From NCBI RefSeq assembly GCF_035084215.1, contig NC_090332.1, positions 45,880,001-45,944,000 on the forward strand: 64,000 bases of DNA, written 5' to 3'. The notes below the pieces were generated by a model. That model was not told the DNA's origin, made no database searches, and saw only the letters and a list, made by a program, of their open reading frames with translations. Both the position numbers and the translations under genes were made by a program. The stretch is from Heptranchias perlo (Eukaryota). Within the stretch, counting starts at the first letter, position 1; every line of letters starts with the position of its first letter. Shown here piece after piece: positions 35,651-49,354 of the stretch.

Positions 35651-35755
35651 TCATCGGTGGATGTTCTGTAGTTCATCAATTGTTTTATCTTTAAGTCTTA
35701 CTAGTAGGATCTTCTCTTCAAGTTTCAATGTCAGGGATTTACAGCTTTTACATTC
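35651..35755 (-). CDS. Unknown coiled-coil gene, coding exon 6 up to the first stop (TGA)
   Basis: TTTAG acceptor; ECKSCKSLTLKLEEKILLVRLKDKTIDELQNIHR then TGA. The joined protein to this stop is 297 aa. Confidence 0.8.
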   Translation of the reverse strand, partial: ECKSCKSLTLKLEEKILLVRLKDKTIDELQNIHR

Positions 35756-36829
35756 CTAAAGAAAACCAGCAATCTGCATAATAACTTACAATTTAATGCA
35801 GTAGCAACTGTATGACTACCAAAACTTTTTTCACTGGTATGCAAAATATACAAATTACAAGCTTATAATTTTTTTTTGGTTACCAATTTTCTCTCCTCCT
35901 CCTCTCGAACGATATCGTTCGAGTGCCAGTCCCCCTCTGGCCATTGTTCATGTGTAAGCCTAAAAAGTGACTTCTGGTAGCCTATTCTGTAATTGGGACA
36001 GCACAGCTGATCCTTCTCCTGTCCTCACGTAACATCGGCTGTTTCCTGTGGGGTCACTGTATAGTGTCAGCCGTGCACTTTTTTCTCATTGTGCTATCTC
36101 TATAATTCTGTCTGACTTCTTTCATTGTTTCTGTCCCATTCTGTACTTTTCTCCAACCTTTGTCTCATATCTCTTTTGTATCTCAGCTCTCCGTGTGACT
36201 CTCACACATTCCTTCACTGATGTACTCTATATCTATCTCTTACCTTTTTTGAGGCTTAGTGTTCACAGAGAGATAGAAGACAGCATATACTGAGCTAAGA
36301 TGTGGAGATGCCGGTGATGGACTGGGGTGGACAAATGTAAGGAATCTTAAAGCTAAAGGTGAGGATAGGAAGACGCTGCTGGAAAAGTGCGATAACACGA
36401 ATGGTTCAGTGAGAAAATGGATCTAAGGCTCAGGCCAGGAGGAACTGGGGAAAAGGGTTGCAACCAAGTAGAAACAAAGGGTCAGGGTTGGAGTATGGGA
36501 GGAAGTAGGTGAAGAAGGTTACAGCTTAGAGGAGAGTGCGTGGAAGGCTGGACCCATAAGTAATGGGGTGTGGGACTACTATGGTTAGAGAACAATAGGA
36601 TTGTGGTCTGGGACGAGCGATGACTTTTGGGGTGGGTTGGCTCTGGCAGGGGACAGGGGCTGAGGCATAGCAGTACTTATAAGGTGGTGTGTGAGGCCTG
36701 GGACCATTTGGGTGGTGGGTCAGACTAGTACCTGGGTATACTGGAGAGGAGGGAAATGTATGGGAGCACTTGAGTCTGAAATCTAAGGTGGGGTGGCATG
36801 CATAGCAAAGGGTATCACAGAAAAATCTA

Positions 36830-37350
36830 GAGAGATAAATTTAAAAATATATTTGGCCCTGGTAAGACCACATCTGCATGTGGTTTTAGTCTCCCTATTT
36901 CAAAAAAGGATATTGTTATTGGAGGGGTTACAGAGAAAGTTACACAATTGATCTCAGAATTTAAGAGAATAACATGAGAAAAGGTTGACTACCCTGGGTC
37001 TTTTCTCTCTTGATAAATGAAGACAGGGTGAACATGATAGAAGTGTTTAAAATTATTAAAGATTTGAACAAATTAGATCCAAGTAAGCTTTTCTGTCACG
37101 GACAAAATTTAAGCACATGGGGTCATATTTACAAGTTAAAGACAACAAAAGAAAATAGGAAATGCAGGAGGAACTTTTTTACTAAATGGATGGTAAGTAT
37201 GTGGAACAATAAACCTTAATGGGTCTCAAAAAGGAACTAGCTCGGTTCTGGTCAACAAATGAGATTTAGGGTTATTAGAAATGCATCGATGAAATACTGT
37301 GAATTGTGGGCTAAATGGACCGACGGTCGTCTTCTGCCTAAAACTGTTAC
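36830..37350 (+). mobile_element. Old CR1 3' fragment
   Basis: LVRPHL...MIEVFKII...TWGH...RRNFFT. Confidence 0.75.
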
Positions 37351-37377
37351 TATGTTGTGTAGTCACTTGTAATGTGA

Positions 37378-38620
37378 AAAACCTACTGGAGTTTTTTGAG
37401 GATGTAACTGGTAGAATAGATAATGGAGAACCAGTGGATGTGGTTTATTTGGATTTTCAGAGGGCCTTTAATAAAGTCCCACAAGAGGTTAGTGTGCAAA
37501 ATTAAAGCACATGGGTTTGGGGGTAATATACTGGCATAGGTTGAAAATTGGTTAACAGACAGGAAACAGAGAGTAGGAATAAATGGGTCTTTTTCGGGGT
37601 GGCAGGCAGTGACTAGTGGGGTACCGCAGGGATCAGTGCTTGGGTCCCAGTTATTCACAATATATATCAATGATTTGGATGAGGGAAACAAATATAATAT
37701 TTCCAAGTTTGCTGACGACACAATACCAGGTGGGATCATGAGTTATGAGGAGGATGCAAAGAGGCTTCAAGGCGATTTAGACAAGTTGAGTGAGTGGGCA
37801 AATACATGGCAGATGCAGTATAATGTGGATAAATGTGAAGTTATCCACTTCGGAAGGAAAAACAGAAAGGCAGAGTGTTATTTAAATGGTGATAGATTGG
37901 GAAATGTTGATGTACAAAGGGGCCTGGGTGTCCTTGTACACCAGTCACTGAAAGCAAACAATCAGGTGCAGCAAGCAGTTAGGAAGGCAAATGGTATGTT
38001 GGCCTTCATTGCAAGAGGATTTGAGTACAGGAGCAAGGATGTCTTACTGCAGTTATACAGGGCCTTGGTGAGACCACACCTGGAGTATTGTGTGCAGTTT
38101 TGGTCTCCTTATCTAAGAAAGGATATACTTGCCATAGAGGGAATGCAGCGAAGGTTCACCAGACTGATGGCAGGACTGTCATAGGAGGAGAGATTGGGTC
38201 GACTCAGCCTGTATTCACTCAAGTTTAGAAGAATGAGAGGGGATCTCATTGAAACATATAAAATTCTGACAGGGCTAGACAGACTGGATGCAGGGAGGAT
38301 ATTTCCTCTGGCTGGGGGGTCCAGAACAAGAGGTCACAGTCTCATGATATGGGGTAGGACATTCAGGACTGAGATGAGGAGAAATCTCTTCACTCAGAGG
38401 GTGGTGAACCTGTGGAATTCTCTACCACAGAAGGCTGTGGAGGCCAAGTCAATGAATGCATTTAAGAAGGAGCTAGATAGATTTCTAGACACAAAAGGCA
38501 TCAAGGGGTATGGGGAGACATCGGGAATATGGTATTGAGATAGAGGATCAGCCATGATCATATTGAATGGCGGAGCAGACTCGAAGAGCCGAATGCTCCT
38601 ATTTTCTATGTTTCTATGTA
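37378..38620 (+). mobile_element. CR1 LINE RT and 3' end
   Basis: LDFQRAF, SGVPQGSVLG, FADD and VRPHLEYC motifs; TTTCTATG tail. Confidence 0.95.
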
Positions 38621-38940
38621 AGGAAACAACACTGCCAATTTGCGCGCAGCAAGGTCTCACAAAGAGCAATGAGATGATCTGTTTTTTGTGGTGTTAGTTG
38701 AGGGATAAATGTTGGCCAAGACACTGGGAGAACTCTCCTCTTCTTTGAATGGTGCCATGGGATCTTTTACATCCGCCTGAGGGCAGACAGGGCTTTGGTT
38801 TAAGGACTCATCCAAAAGATGGCAACTCCAACAGTGAAGCACCAGCCTAAATTATGTGCTCGAGTCTCTGGAATGTGGCTTGAACCCGCAACCACCTGAC
38901 TCAGGCGAGAGTGCTATCACTGAGCCAAGACTGACACTTA
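38620..38940 (-). mobile_element. DeuSINE/SacSINE1-like SINE (split by the CR1; short remnant at about 37357-37375)
   Basis: Reverse complement of 54640-54975. Confidence 0.8.
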
Positions 38941-39619
38941 TAGGTATAGAACTTCAGGAGAAATAATGGGAGTGTGGGCTAGAATTGACATGGATCACAG
39001 CCGATCACAGCAATCAAGGCATTTGCAGAAAAGAAACTGGCAACAAAATCCAATCTAATAATTAAAACTCCAGCCCCATGCTCCCAATACAGGAATAAGC
39101 CTCTTCAAGAAAACAGATTCCATGGATTTAAACACTGTACATGCAACTCTGAGTAAGAATAAGCATTTTATTCTGAATTGTTTAATTTTTGATGGGTGTT
39201 GTATTTTATAAATGCTACTTTTACCAGTTTAGTGGAAAAAGTCAATTATCGCAGCTCAAATGAACTTCACAAAATTAATTTGGTGGTTTGATTGGTTGAT
39301 TCTTGCAACTTGTCAATTTGAAATTGGTAGCCGTTGATCTAAAAAATCAATTTTCTTCTGGCCTCTTATTTGTATTTGTTCAATGAATCAAACTACTTTT
39401 GATTTGTTGATGTTTAGTCAACTGAAAATGTAACTGGTGACTTAACAGGTAAGTTCTCATTTCAGCTATTCACTAATTTATGCTTTATGGATGCATAACA
39501 TTTTTAGGTGCAATGCTTTGAAAGGCATGATGTGAAGGACACATGCTAGATGCAAGACCTTTAATTATATAGATGATCCTATCCAAACCCTTAACTGTAA
39601 CACATATAGCCAGTTATTG

Positions 39620-40250
39620 TTTTCTATATATCAAGATTGTTATTAAAAATATTATATACTTCAACCTTTATGTACACAAGCTTATAATGAACATTTTTAA
39701 GAGAAGTGGTACCATTTTTACAACACAGTAAGTATGTGACGTCTCTGAGAAAAAGCTGATGACTGGGCCTGTGATGATTTTGTCTGTTTGGAACTGAAGG
39801 ATTGACTTTGAAGAAATCAGGAATTTGAAACATGGACTTTTTGACATCTACTGAGCGTATCAGACTGATACAAGAACCAATGTATCTTAAGCGTTGGTCA
39901 TGGAAAGAACTGATGGAAAGAGTGGTGAAGGCAGTTAGGATGCTTTGGTCACATGGAGAAAGGAAATGGTAATGAATTCTCAAATATTTGCTAAAAGTTA
40001 CAAGGAAAAGATTGTGTTAGCCAAAGAGAACATGGAATAATGGCATCAGAAGTTGGATGTGCAAGAGTAACACCGAGCACAAGACAATGATTTGTTTTTT
40101 GGGAGGTGGGGGGAAATGGAAGATGTTGGGGGTAAGTTTTACAGTCTCTAACCCTCTCATCAGACGAGAATATTGATGATGATATAATTTCATTCAACCA
40201 TTTATCAATGGTTGACAAGACCTATCTTGAAAGTCAAAAGCTACTATGAG
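39620..40250 (-). mobile_element. Highly decayed Penelope-like relic
   Basis: Fragmentary peptides resembling the PLE RT-to-GIY-YIG linker (VL..HP, SF.D..LR..LV.S, TY.LCC). Confidence 0.4.
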
Positions 40251-40291
40251 TCAGTAATAATATCCTGTACTTGCATATTTATGAAGTTTAC

Positions 40292-40397
40292 CTGTTTGAG
40301 AGATTTTTGCAACTTAAGTTCTCTATGAAGTGTACTGGCTTCCTCTGATAACCTCTTTACTTCCTTTTTCAGTTCATGCAACTGTTGTTGTCGTTCC
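40292..40397 (-). CDS. Unknown coiled-coil gene, coding exon 5
   Basis: AAAG|G acceptor completes the split TGG codon. ERQQQLHELKKEVKRLSEEASTLHRELKLQKSLKQ; CAG|GTAAAC donor. Confidence 0.85.
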
Positions 40398-42872
40398 CTT
40401 TTTGGATCAGGAAAACAAATGTACAGTACTTAAATTGCAATGGTAAAGGACCACGATGTAGTTAATGACGCTGCTATTCCATTTGAAACTAAGTAACTCA
40501 AAACAGAAATGGAGCTCATATAGCCAGGGAAACAGTGCGTTTATATGCTTGGTTGAATATATCCCAAATAGGTATTTTGAGTATAAATAGTGGTGTCTCC
40601 ATAAATTGTTCAACTTTTCTTGTGCAGTGTTTCCTGTATTTATGAAGTATTTTCGGTCTGTTTTTCGTATGAAGACACACAGGAATACACTAAAAAGTAT
40701 ACAAACAATGAAACATTTGTCATGCTTTTTTTTTCCATATCTTGTTATTCATTTACATAAAATAAAAATATTGGATATGATATTACAATTGTTTACTTTT
40801 TCTCTTGGCTTCCTTCTCACTCTCTGCTTTTGTTTTATTGATGCTGTTAAATTTATATTCCATTTGCATTTCTTTATATCTGTTCTCTCTCACACACTTT
40901 CCTGTCTAATTCTTTCTTCTTCATTCTGTTTTATCCTGCTCCCCAAACTTTGAGATAATAAGTATATGGCCATTAATGTGGTATTGAGATGCAATTAATA
41001 GCCCATAGACATGGGCATTCTTGGGGATTCCACGTAGTTGGAAATAATGATTGTGACACTACATTAAATTCAATCTCTTGTGGATCTCAGGAGCCAGTTT
41101 ATTTGTTATAACCAGATATGTGTTATCACACCAACATTAGTAGTGCAACTGAGTGCAGGGATAGATGTTTCATTTTACCACTCTATTGAGTTCCTAATTT
41201 CTGCTGTACAGAGAGGTCCTGAACATAGCATATCCCTGGTGAGCAGAGAAGAGAAAAATTTCATGGGAAGTTTCCACTGGATTGCTTTGATGCAGCCAGA
41301 CAAACATTTCATTGGCTACTGGTGGTAGGAAGAAGGTGCAGCAAGGCACATAACGTTAAAAAACGAGGTGAATGCCTCTTAGTACAGCATAAATATAACC
41401 TGAAATGTCAGGAGCCAAATGTGAGAAAATGTAGTATTTTGTCCATGGTGCATGTTTTGTTCCGTCTTTTCATTACCTGTACCTTCAGGGTTGAAACCAG
41501 GTTTGCTTAAAGAAATAACCAAGTCTGGGAACTACATAATTCATTATGCCACTGTATCGCTCCCAGAGACAAACTGGCTGGGGTGTGACCAGTTGGCTTT
41601 TATGTGATAATGGGTAAAATACAAAATCGTTTGAGTTGATATCACCAGAAGAACCTTCTGTTAGCTGCTTGCTTTACAGATAGTCTATTAAGAAAATAGG
41701 AATTTTACAGTCAGGTCTCAAATGAATTCAGGTCTGATACCTATTAGATGGACATTATTGACACTCCATGCAGTCGAACTGCAGATGTGCTCTTTGTCTT
41801 CAATTATGTGTATGATTGGCAGTTTTATTGTTTTGAAAGATAAATTTTTGATTTATTTTATTCTTGGTTGAACTTAGAAGGTACTAAGTATACGTCAGGA
41901 ACGTACTCCCAGTTCAGCAGTTCTTCTGAGGACATCAACAGAGAGGCAGGAGACTCTGTGCGTGAATAAGAACCTCATGTAAATTGTCAAGGAGTTCTAT
42001 CTCTGGTCCAGTATTAATAAAAGCATTAGCAAAAGGTTGTGGCTGTTTATTATTTTCTGTATTGGAGGAGGAAAGTACTTAAAGCTGATGTGTTTGCTAT
42101 TACTTATATTATTAATAAATCTGTTATGTGACTTGTAGCCTAGAAATATTTATTCTACCATCTTCTGAGGTCTTCAAAGATCGTGAGATGCCGGGACATA
42201 GCCAATAAGCTAAATACAGTGTAATGGGTGACCCCCTCTGTTTGACCCCTAAGCTCATACATGATCAGATATTAATCATATAAAGGCACACTCGCTTATA
42301 GGAGTAGTGGTCTTTTGTGCTGAAAAGAAAAAAATACCTGAGTTAAACATAATATTAAGTATCCTGACAACACAGTGTAATAATGGTGAGCGTAATAAGG
42401 AACCAGGTTCTCTATGTAATACTTTTCTAATCACTGATTTTGAGCATTGTCTGAAGAAAAATGAAACAAAAAATATCAAAATTCAGTGAATGAATGCACC
42501 ATGCTGTATGGTAGTGAGTCATACAAACTAGGAAGGGCCCTATCAGATCCTGCTCTATTTACCTGATCTCCACTGGAACAATAGTGGAGATGTGACAATT
42601 GGCTTGGTGTCTCCATGCAAGGGAAGGCAATAAATGAACTGGGGTTCCTGCTCACGTGTGTGTGTCTACATACCATGAGCAAAGGAAGCATTGGGCTCGA
42701 TAGTGATGTCTCCAACTTCATTGACCTACTGGCATTTACTGTCTAGCCTCACATATGAAGAATAGCCGCTTAAGCCAGATACCAGAGGATTGCTGATACC
42801 TGTGAAAATGCACCCCAGCGTGACTGACTAACTTCAGAAGGGGAAGGAAAAAACTTGCAGGAAAAAAAGTAC

Positions 42873-42988
42873 CAAGATTTCCCTTGTAAGATTTCTGAAA
42901 CTTGCTGCTTCAACTTGCTGATCTTCTCATCTCTGCAACTGATTTCTGATGTGCTTCCTCTTAGCAATGTGGCTAATTTTTCCTCATG
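42873..42988 (-). CDS. Unknown coiled-coil gene, coding exon 4
   Basis: Follows a 90-bp intron. TACAG acceptor; HEEKLATLLRGSTSEISCRDEKISKLKQQVSEILQGKS(W); TG|GTACTT donor, phase 2. Confidence 0.85.
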
Positions 42989-43078
42989 CTGTATTAAGCA
43001 AAACAAAAGCATAGTAAGGTTTGGAATAGGCAAAATCCTACCAAATACTTATAAAAAGCTGCTGTGAAAATTACTAAC

Positions 43079-43237
43079 CAACTTTTTGAGGTGCTCAGTT
43101 TTTTCTTCAAATTCCTTTCTACTCTCATGAAGTATCTGCAACTTTTCTGCTGCTAACATTTCCACTTGTTTTAATTTGTCTTGTGTCCATTCATGGGATT
43201 GTTGCTCGTCTTTAACCAACTGACTGTATTCTAAAAT
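43079..43237 (-). CDS. Unknown coiled-coil gene, coding exon 3
   Basis: TTTTCCACAG acceptor; 159 nt encoding ILEYSQLVKDEQQSHEWTQDKLKQVEMLAAEKLQILHESRKEFEEKTEHLKKL; TTG|GTTAGT donor. Confidence 0.85.
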
Positions 43238-46200
43238 CTGTGGAAAATATTAACAGATACTAATTTGTTTCTAAAGAATATCTCAAGTAGCCAAAAGTGT
43301 TTTACCACTGATAGACTGTGGGATACAAGTTGTATTTATTAGCTTCCGTCTTGTGAAGTATTGTTTTTTATATATATATATAAATGGCTCTCTTTGATTT
43401 TGTCCCTTTATTCTTGGTTTCCTGAGGGTAATGACTCAGAATGGGAAATGGTTCTGAGTACCTCCCCAGAGTTCTGAGTTTAGGTGAGTGTTGGCAGCTA
43501 TTTGACTGTGGGGCCATCACAGTTGTGACTGACTTATCCTCACATATTTTGTTTACCAGCAGGAAGCCCTAATCCTTTCCCCCATCTTCCCTAGCATAGG
43601 ATACTAAAGCCTGTTGTGGTACCCTACTACAAACCACAGAGCTGTGATTTATTAAAGCTGCACTGACCAAGAATTGAAACTGCAATTTTTCTGGGTCTAT
43701 ATGAATTAGTACTTTATTGCACAGTACATTCACCCACTTAAACCATTGGGGAAACCTTCCTGATGTTGCTTTTGTTTATTCAATAAACATAACTACAAAG
43801 CAGTTAGAGAGGCAGCTTCTTAAAATCAGTTTTCTTATTTAACACAGAAAAAGTCTATCTACAGCTTCCCTCTGTGCCTCGCTTGGCATCCTCCGAACGG
43901 CCCATCAATGCACTAGTCGCTGCCTCCTTACGAGCCGCAATCCCAACTGCCTATCCTATTCTCTCACCAACTTTCCTGCCCAGCGCGCCTGCTGGGAGCT
44001 AACCTTGCCCATTACTTCCCATCTGCTGACCCTGTGGACTCTGCCAGCAGATCAGCTATCACTGCCTCTCACCGCATCTCCCTCCAGAATGTCCGTTCAT
44101 TTGTGAACAAGGCCCATATGCCATCCACGGGCTTACTGTGGATGACTGCATCAACATCATGGTCTCGACAGAAAATTGACTGACGGGTGATGACACCTTC
44201 CCTCTTAATGAAGCCTCCCTGCCTGGCTATATCTTCCACCACTTGCCCCACCCAGACCGCCATGGTGGCGATGTGGCCCTCATCACCAAATCACACCTTG
44301 GTCTGTCCCCCTACTTCTCTGGCACCGTCCCCTCCTTTGAGCATCTCAACTTGTTCCACCCCTCTTACCTCCTTTAAAATCCTCGTTCTCTATTGCCCAC
44401 CCGAGTACCATGCCAAGTTTCTCTCAGATATCTTCACTACTTTCCTCCTTCAGCCTCTGCACAGAGCAACTTCTTATCCTCAGTGATTTCAACTCCCATC
44501 TCAACTCATCAAGCCCTCTCTCCTCTGAGTGCACTGCCCTCCTATCCTCCCTTAATCTCTCCCTTCATATAAATTACCCATATTCACAGTCACACCCTCG
44601 ACCTTGCCATCTCATGTGGCCTCTCTACTCCCATTGTATCAATCACCGATAAGGTCATCTCTGATCAATTCCTTGTATCCCTCTCCACTCACATCCTCCT
44701 TTCCCCTCCCAACCCCACTTCTTTCTGTGTTCACCCCTAGAAAAAAAACTATTCTCCAAGTCACTTACAGCGGCACTCGGAAATTCCTAATTGTCTAGCC
44801 TAGGCCCTCCATTCACCACGACATTTCTGCAGCTACCGATCTGCTCATTCACACCCTCAACTCTACCTTTGATGCCCTTGTCCCCATTAAAACCATTACT
44901 CTCTCTCACCCTGGTATGGCCCTCATCTCCGCTCCCTTAAGTCCAAGGGACGCAGACTTGAACTTTTATGGCGAACAACTGGTTTAGCCATTCATCGCCA
45001 GGTCTGGCTGGACCACATAAAGCACTATCGGGTCCTACTCTCCTCTGCCAAAACTGCTCACTATTCCAGGATCATCCTGGAATGCAAAGATAACCCCCAG
45101 CTTCTCTTCTCCAAACTGTCTTCTGAAATCCCTCTCCCCCAACAAATGCGAGGAGCTCATGGACTAGTTTGTCACTAAGATTGAGACCATCCGTTCAGCT
45201 GCCTCTGCCGTTTCCCTCCCTTCCCCTAGCCCACCAAACCAAACTTTCCCTACAGGTCCTCCCTGCCCTAGCTCTGAACTTGCATCCTTCTCTAGTTTCT
45301 CTCCTATCTCCCCTCATGCCCGCTCCAAGCTCATCTTGACCATGAGACCTACCTCCTGCTCCCTCGACCCTATTCCCACCAAACTGCTGACCATCCAACT
45401 TCCCTTCCTGGCCCCCATGTTAGCCGATATTGTTAACATTTTCCTCTCCTCATGTACTGTCCTCCTTGCCTTCAAATCTGCTGTCATCACCCCCCTCCTC
45501 AAAAAACTTACTTTTGACCCCTCTGCCCCTGAAAACTAGCACCCCATCTCCAACCTCCTTTTCCTCTCCAAAGTCATTGAACGTGTTGTCGTCTCCCAAA
45601 TCCATGCCCATCTTTCCTGCAGCTCCATGTTTGAATCCCTCCGATCAGGTTTCCGTCCCTGCTACAGTACTGAAGCGGCCCTTATCAAAGTCGCAAAAGA
45701 CATCCTATGTGACTGTGACCGATGTAAACTATCCCTCTCCATCTTTCTCGACCTGTCTGCAGCCTTTGACATGGTTGAGCACACTACCGTTGTTCAGCTG
45801 GGTGGGACTGCGCTAACCTGGTTCCAATTCTTATCTATCCAGTCGTGGCCAGGGAATCATCTGCAATGGATTCTCTTCCCACTTCCGCACTGTTACCTCT
45901 GGACTCCCCCAAGAATCTATCCTTGGCCCCCTCCTATTTCTCATCTACATGCAGTCCCTCAGCAACATCATCTAAAAATATAATGGGGGTTAAATTCAAC
46001 CGGGCATGGGGGTCGCAGTGTGCGATTAACCCGCCCCGGTCGTTGAGATGCAGGCAGCACATGAGATCCGTGTCGCCTGCGGAGTTCCACAATTTCTGCG
46101 TGCAGCCAGCGCTACTTGCGCTGTTGAGTGGCTGCTGCACCAGCAGGGGGCTCGACATGGGACATGGCCAACACTACTTAAAAGCAGCCTGCACCTCTTA

Positions 46201-46247
46201 AATGGGAGGTGCACTGTCAATGCAATCGGTGGAGGAAGGCAACTGGA

Positions 46248-48103
46248 ATGGCTGGACCTGTAAAAGAGTGTGCACCGAGGTTCTTCGATGACACACCGGA
46301 GGCCTTGGTGGAGGAGGTGTACGCACGGAGAACCTTCCGTACCCGCAGGGTGGCAGGAGACCCTCCTGACACCAGCTGCGGAGGTAGTGGGAGGAAATGG
46401 CCCTGGAGGTGAATGCCAGGAGCACTGCATCATGCTCATGGATAAAGTGCAGGAAAAAGTTCAATGGTTTGACACGAGTGGTCAAGGTGAGTGACTGCAA
46501 GTGTCAAGTGGCACATTGTACCAACTGCACCACTGCTCCATGCACAACACCCCCCACAGTCACCCACCCATGCTTTCCATCTGTACGCAACACTGCACTT
46601 TCGATGCTGCATCTCACCCTCACATAGTACCACTCTTGCAATCCACACACCCACAACTCATGGGTCACACACACTAGCAGCTATTCGACCTTGACCGGCA
46701 CAATCGCCCAAACATCTTGCAGGACACCCACTGACACACTTCCCTCTGTCTTGCAGGAGAAGGTGGCGCGTAACAGCCGGCAGCAGGAAAGAATGGACAG
46801 AGGACAGGCACGTCTACACGTCCTCACCCGCATGGAGGAGACTGTGGTGGGGGTCATAGGGCGGGCCGTCGCAGGGGCTGTGGTCACTGGAGGCACCGAA
46901 GAGGAGGGTCTCTGCATACCTAATCCTCCTTTTTGTTTCCCACATCTCCCTCATCCCACAATATTTTCTGACTCGCATGCTGCAGATGGTGTCAGTGCAC
47001 ACGTCTTACTTGCTCCTCTCCCCGCTCCACAATTTGATCCGTCTCCCTTTGTCATTGCAGATACCCAAGAACTGAAGCCAGCACCGTCCGAGCTGGAGGA
47101 GCAAGACACTGACACACCGTCACTTGATCTGACACTTGCCTCCACTGACACTGCACGTCTTTTAGGGGCTAGGTCAGCGGAGGGATCTGCACGTGGTGAG
47201 ACACCGGGTACAAATGCGCAGGAGCCGGGGCAGGGGGAATGGATATTGCAGGTGCCAGTTGCGGGAGGGCGAGGTTGCACAATAGTTCTGCTGCCGAGGA
47301 GTCAGGTGATGACTTTGATGGGCCAGATTACAGAAGGCAGAGGATGGGCAATCACACCCAAATGCTTGGTGCACTGGAAAGCCTGCCAGAAAGCCTGCGC
47401 ACAAAGTCAGGGGGCATGGAGGAGGCCAACTCCAACTTGGCACAGGGCTTTGCGCAGAGCTTGGAGCCCACATGGAACGGGTGGTCACCTCCATCAGCAC
47501 ATCTGTGGAACCCACCATGATGCAGCGTCTGATGACCAATATCTCAGCTTCCTTTGCAGTACAAATAGATGTCGTCAAAGGTCTGCACGCTTCATTTGGA
47601 GCTCAGACTGCTGCTTTGGAAGCTCAGTCTGCTGCGTTACAGGCACAGACTGCTGCTATCATGGCTCTACATACCACAGTGGAACGGGGCCTGCCAGGGC
47701 ATCACAGCAGACCAGCAATCTGTTCTCCAGCAGATCACCAGGATTGCTGCGGCATGCCCTGTGCGAGTGGCAGTGGTGCCATGGCAGTCGAACCTGCTGT
47801 CCTTTCAGGAAGACAGCATTCCTGCTCCCACCCTTGCCACTCCGCCAGTACTCTTGCTGTTGCTGTCAACCTGCCAGGCCAGACTGCTGTAGCCTATGCC
47901 AAGATGGTGCAGTCTGAAGCTGGGCCCTCCTGCTCCAGAACTGCTTGAGGTCGTCCTCCATGGCCATCTGCACACTCCTCAGTTGAAGGTCAGCAGCCTT
48001 CCACCAACCGTGCTTTAGCCACTGGGTATGCATCTCGTAGGAGCATCAGGAAAAGGAAAAGCACACGAACAACAGACACTAAGGGAATGCACAAGGGTGA
48101 ATA
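46248..48103 (+). pseudogene. Harbinger Myb/SANT-like DNA-binding protein gene, spliced and decayed
   Basis: APRFFDD..EALVEEV...VNARS...SWIKCRKKFNGLTRVVK|GTGAGT, then acceptor TTGCAG|GAGAAGGTG. Confidence 0.75.
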
Positions 48104-48299
48104 GTGTAATGTTGAATACATGATTTCATGTGTAAGTTTATAAATTTGTATTTGAAGTCGCAGTTGGTGGTGGTTTTTATTTACGCGATGAGCTGCGGGA
48201 AGAAGTAACGTGTAATCATAAGGAGGACAATTTGATGGTCATGTGGGAAAGGAAAGGTGAGGAGTGTGGGACTGTTGATGACTTGGGAGGTGTCATTAA

Positions 48300-49354
48300 G
48301 GTTACTGATATTGCTCATGAATAAGGTGAGCACACAGAGCCCTGGCAGACAGGGTCTGTGCACTTTGTTGCCTCCTTGCCTTTTCCTCCACTTCCTCCTC
48401 TGTCTCCTCCTCCTCCCCTTCTTCTGCCTCTGGCTCAGGGTCTTGCCAGATAGGCGGTGCAAGGGTTGTCCTCTCATTAGGGCGAGGTTGGGCAGCATGC
48501 AACGATGAACCTTGACACCTGCTCAGCGGAGTACTACAGGGCTCCTCCAGAACAGTCCAGGCAGTGGAAGCATTGCTTTAGCTGGTCTATGGTGTGCTCG
48601 ATCACGTTCTGTGTGGCCGCTTGGCTCTCATTGTAGAACTGCTCTGCACGTATGCGTGCGTTCCTGACCGGAGTCATGAGCCATTTCATGAGAGGATAAT
48701 CCCTTGTCGGCCAGTAGCCAGCCTTTGACTTGCCGTGCTGATTGAAAGATGGACTGCTGCATAATGAAGGCGTCAATACTGCTGCCAGGATAGCAGGTAT
48801 TGACCTGCATGATGCACTGCGTGTGGTTGCGCACCAGTTGCACGTTGAGGGAGTGGAACCCCTTTCTGTTCATAAAGATGGCTGAGTTGAGATGTGGAGC
48901 ACGCATGGCTATAAGCGTGCAGTCAATGGCACCCTGCACCATAGGGAAGCCTGCAATGCGAGCAAACCCTCGTGCTCGCTCATTCTGCTTCTCTTGGTCA
49001 AGCGGGAACGTTATGAATCTGATGCGCAGCTCGTACAATGCCTCAGTGACCTCCCTTAGGCAGCAGCTGAGATGCTATCCTTGCCCTGCTCTGAGGCTGC
49101 AGTTGTGGCTGCAGCAGTTGACATATCTCCATCACAACTTCTTTTGTGAACTGCAGCCGTCGGATGTACTGATCTTTGCTCAGGCTGAGGTAAAAGAATT
49201 GGTCCCTGAAGGCCCTCATTGGATATAACCTCCTGCTCAGTGCCCTGCGCCTCCTCCTCCTCCCTCTCCTCGCAGCCTGACGTGCTCTGCGTGGCCCCTC
49301 TGCATGCTCCCAGTCATGTTCAATGCCCAGCGGGAGCCCTAGCAGGCCACTCAT
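48300..49354 (-). pseudogene. HARBI1-like DDE transposase, frameshifted
   Basis: GFPMVQGAIDCT, NRKGFHSLNVQ, YPGSSIDA, WLLADKG and NVIE.TI..LK motifs, followed by an acidic tail. Confidence 0.9.

Noticed and set aside
35320-35653. Selenocysteine decoding of the in-frame TGA
   Set aside because: I see no SECIS-like AUGA/AA/GA stem-loop in the short 3' UTR. The context TGA-TTT is also not the CTAG read-through motif. Only checked by eye.
40407-40953. Additional exon or ORFs in the intron of the coiled-coil gene
   Set aside because: AT-rich, low-complexity translations. The flanking exons already join in phase without them.
46691-47917. 408-aa ORF as a novel host gene
   Set aside because: It lies within the Harbinger element and reads through introns and frameshifted exons of its Myb/SANT-like gene.
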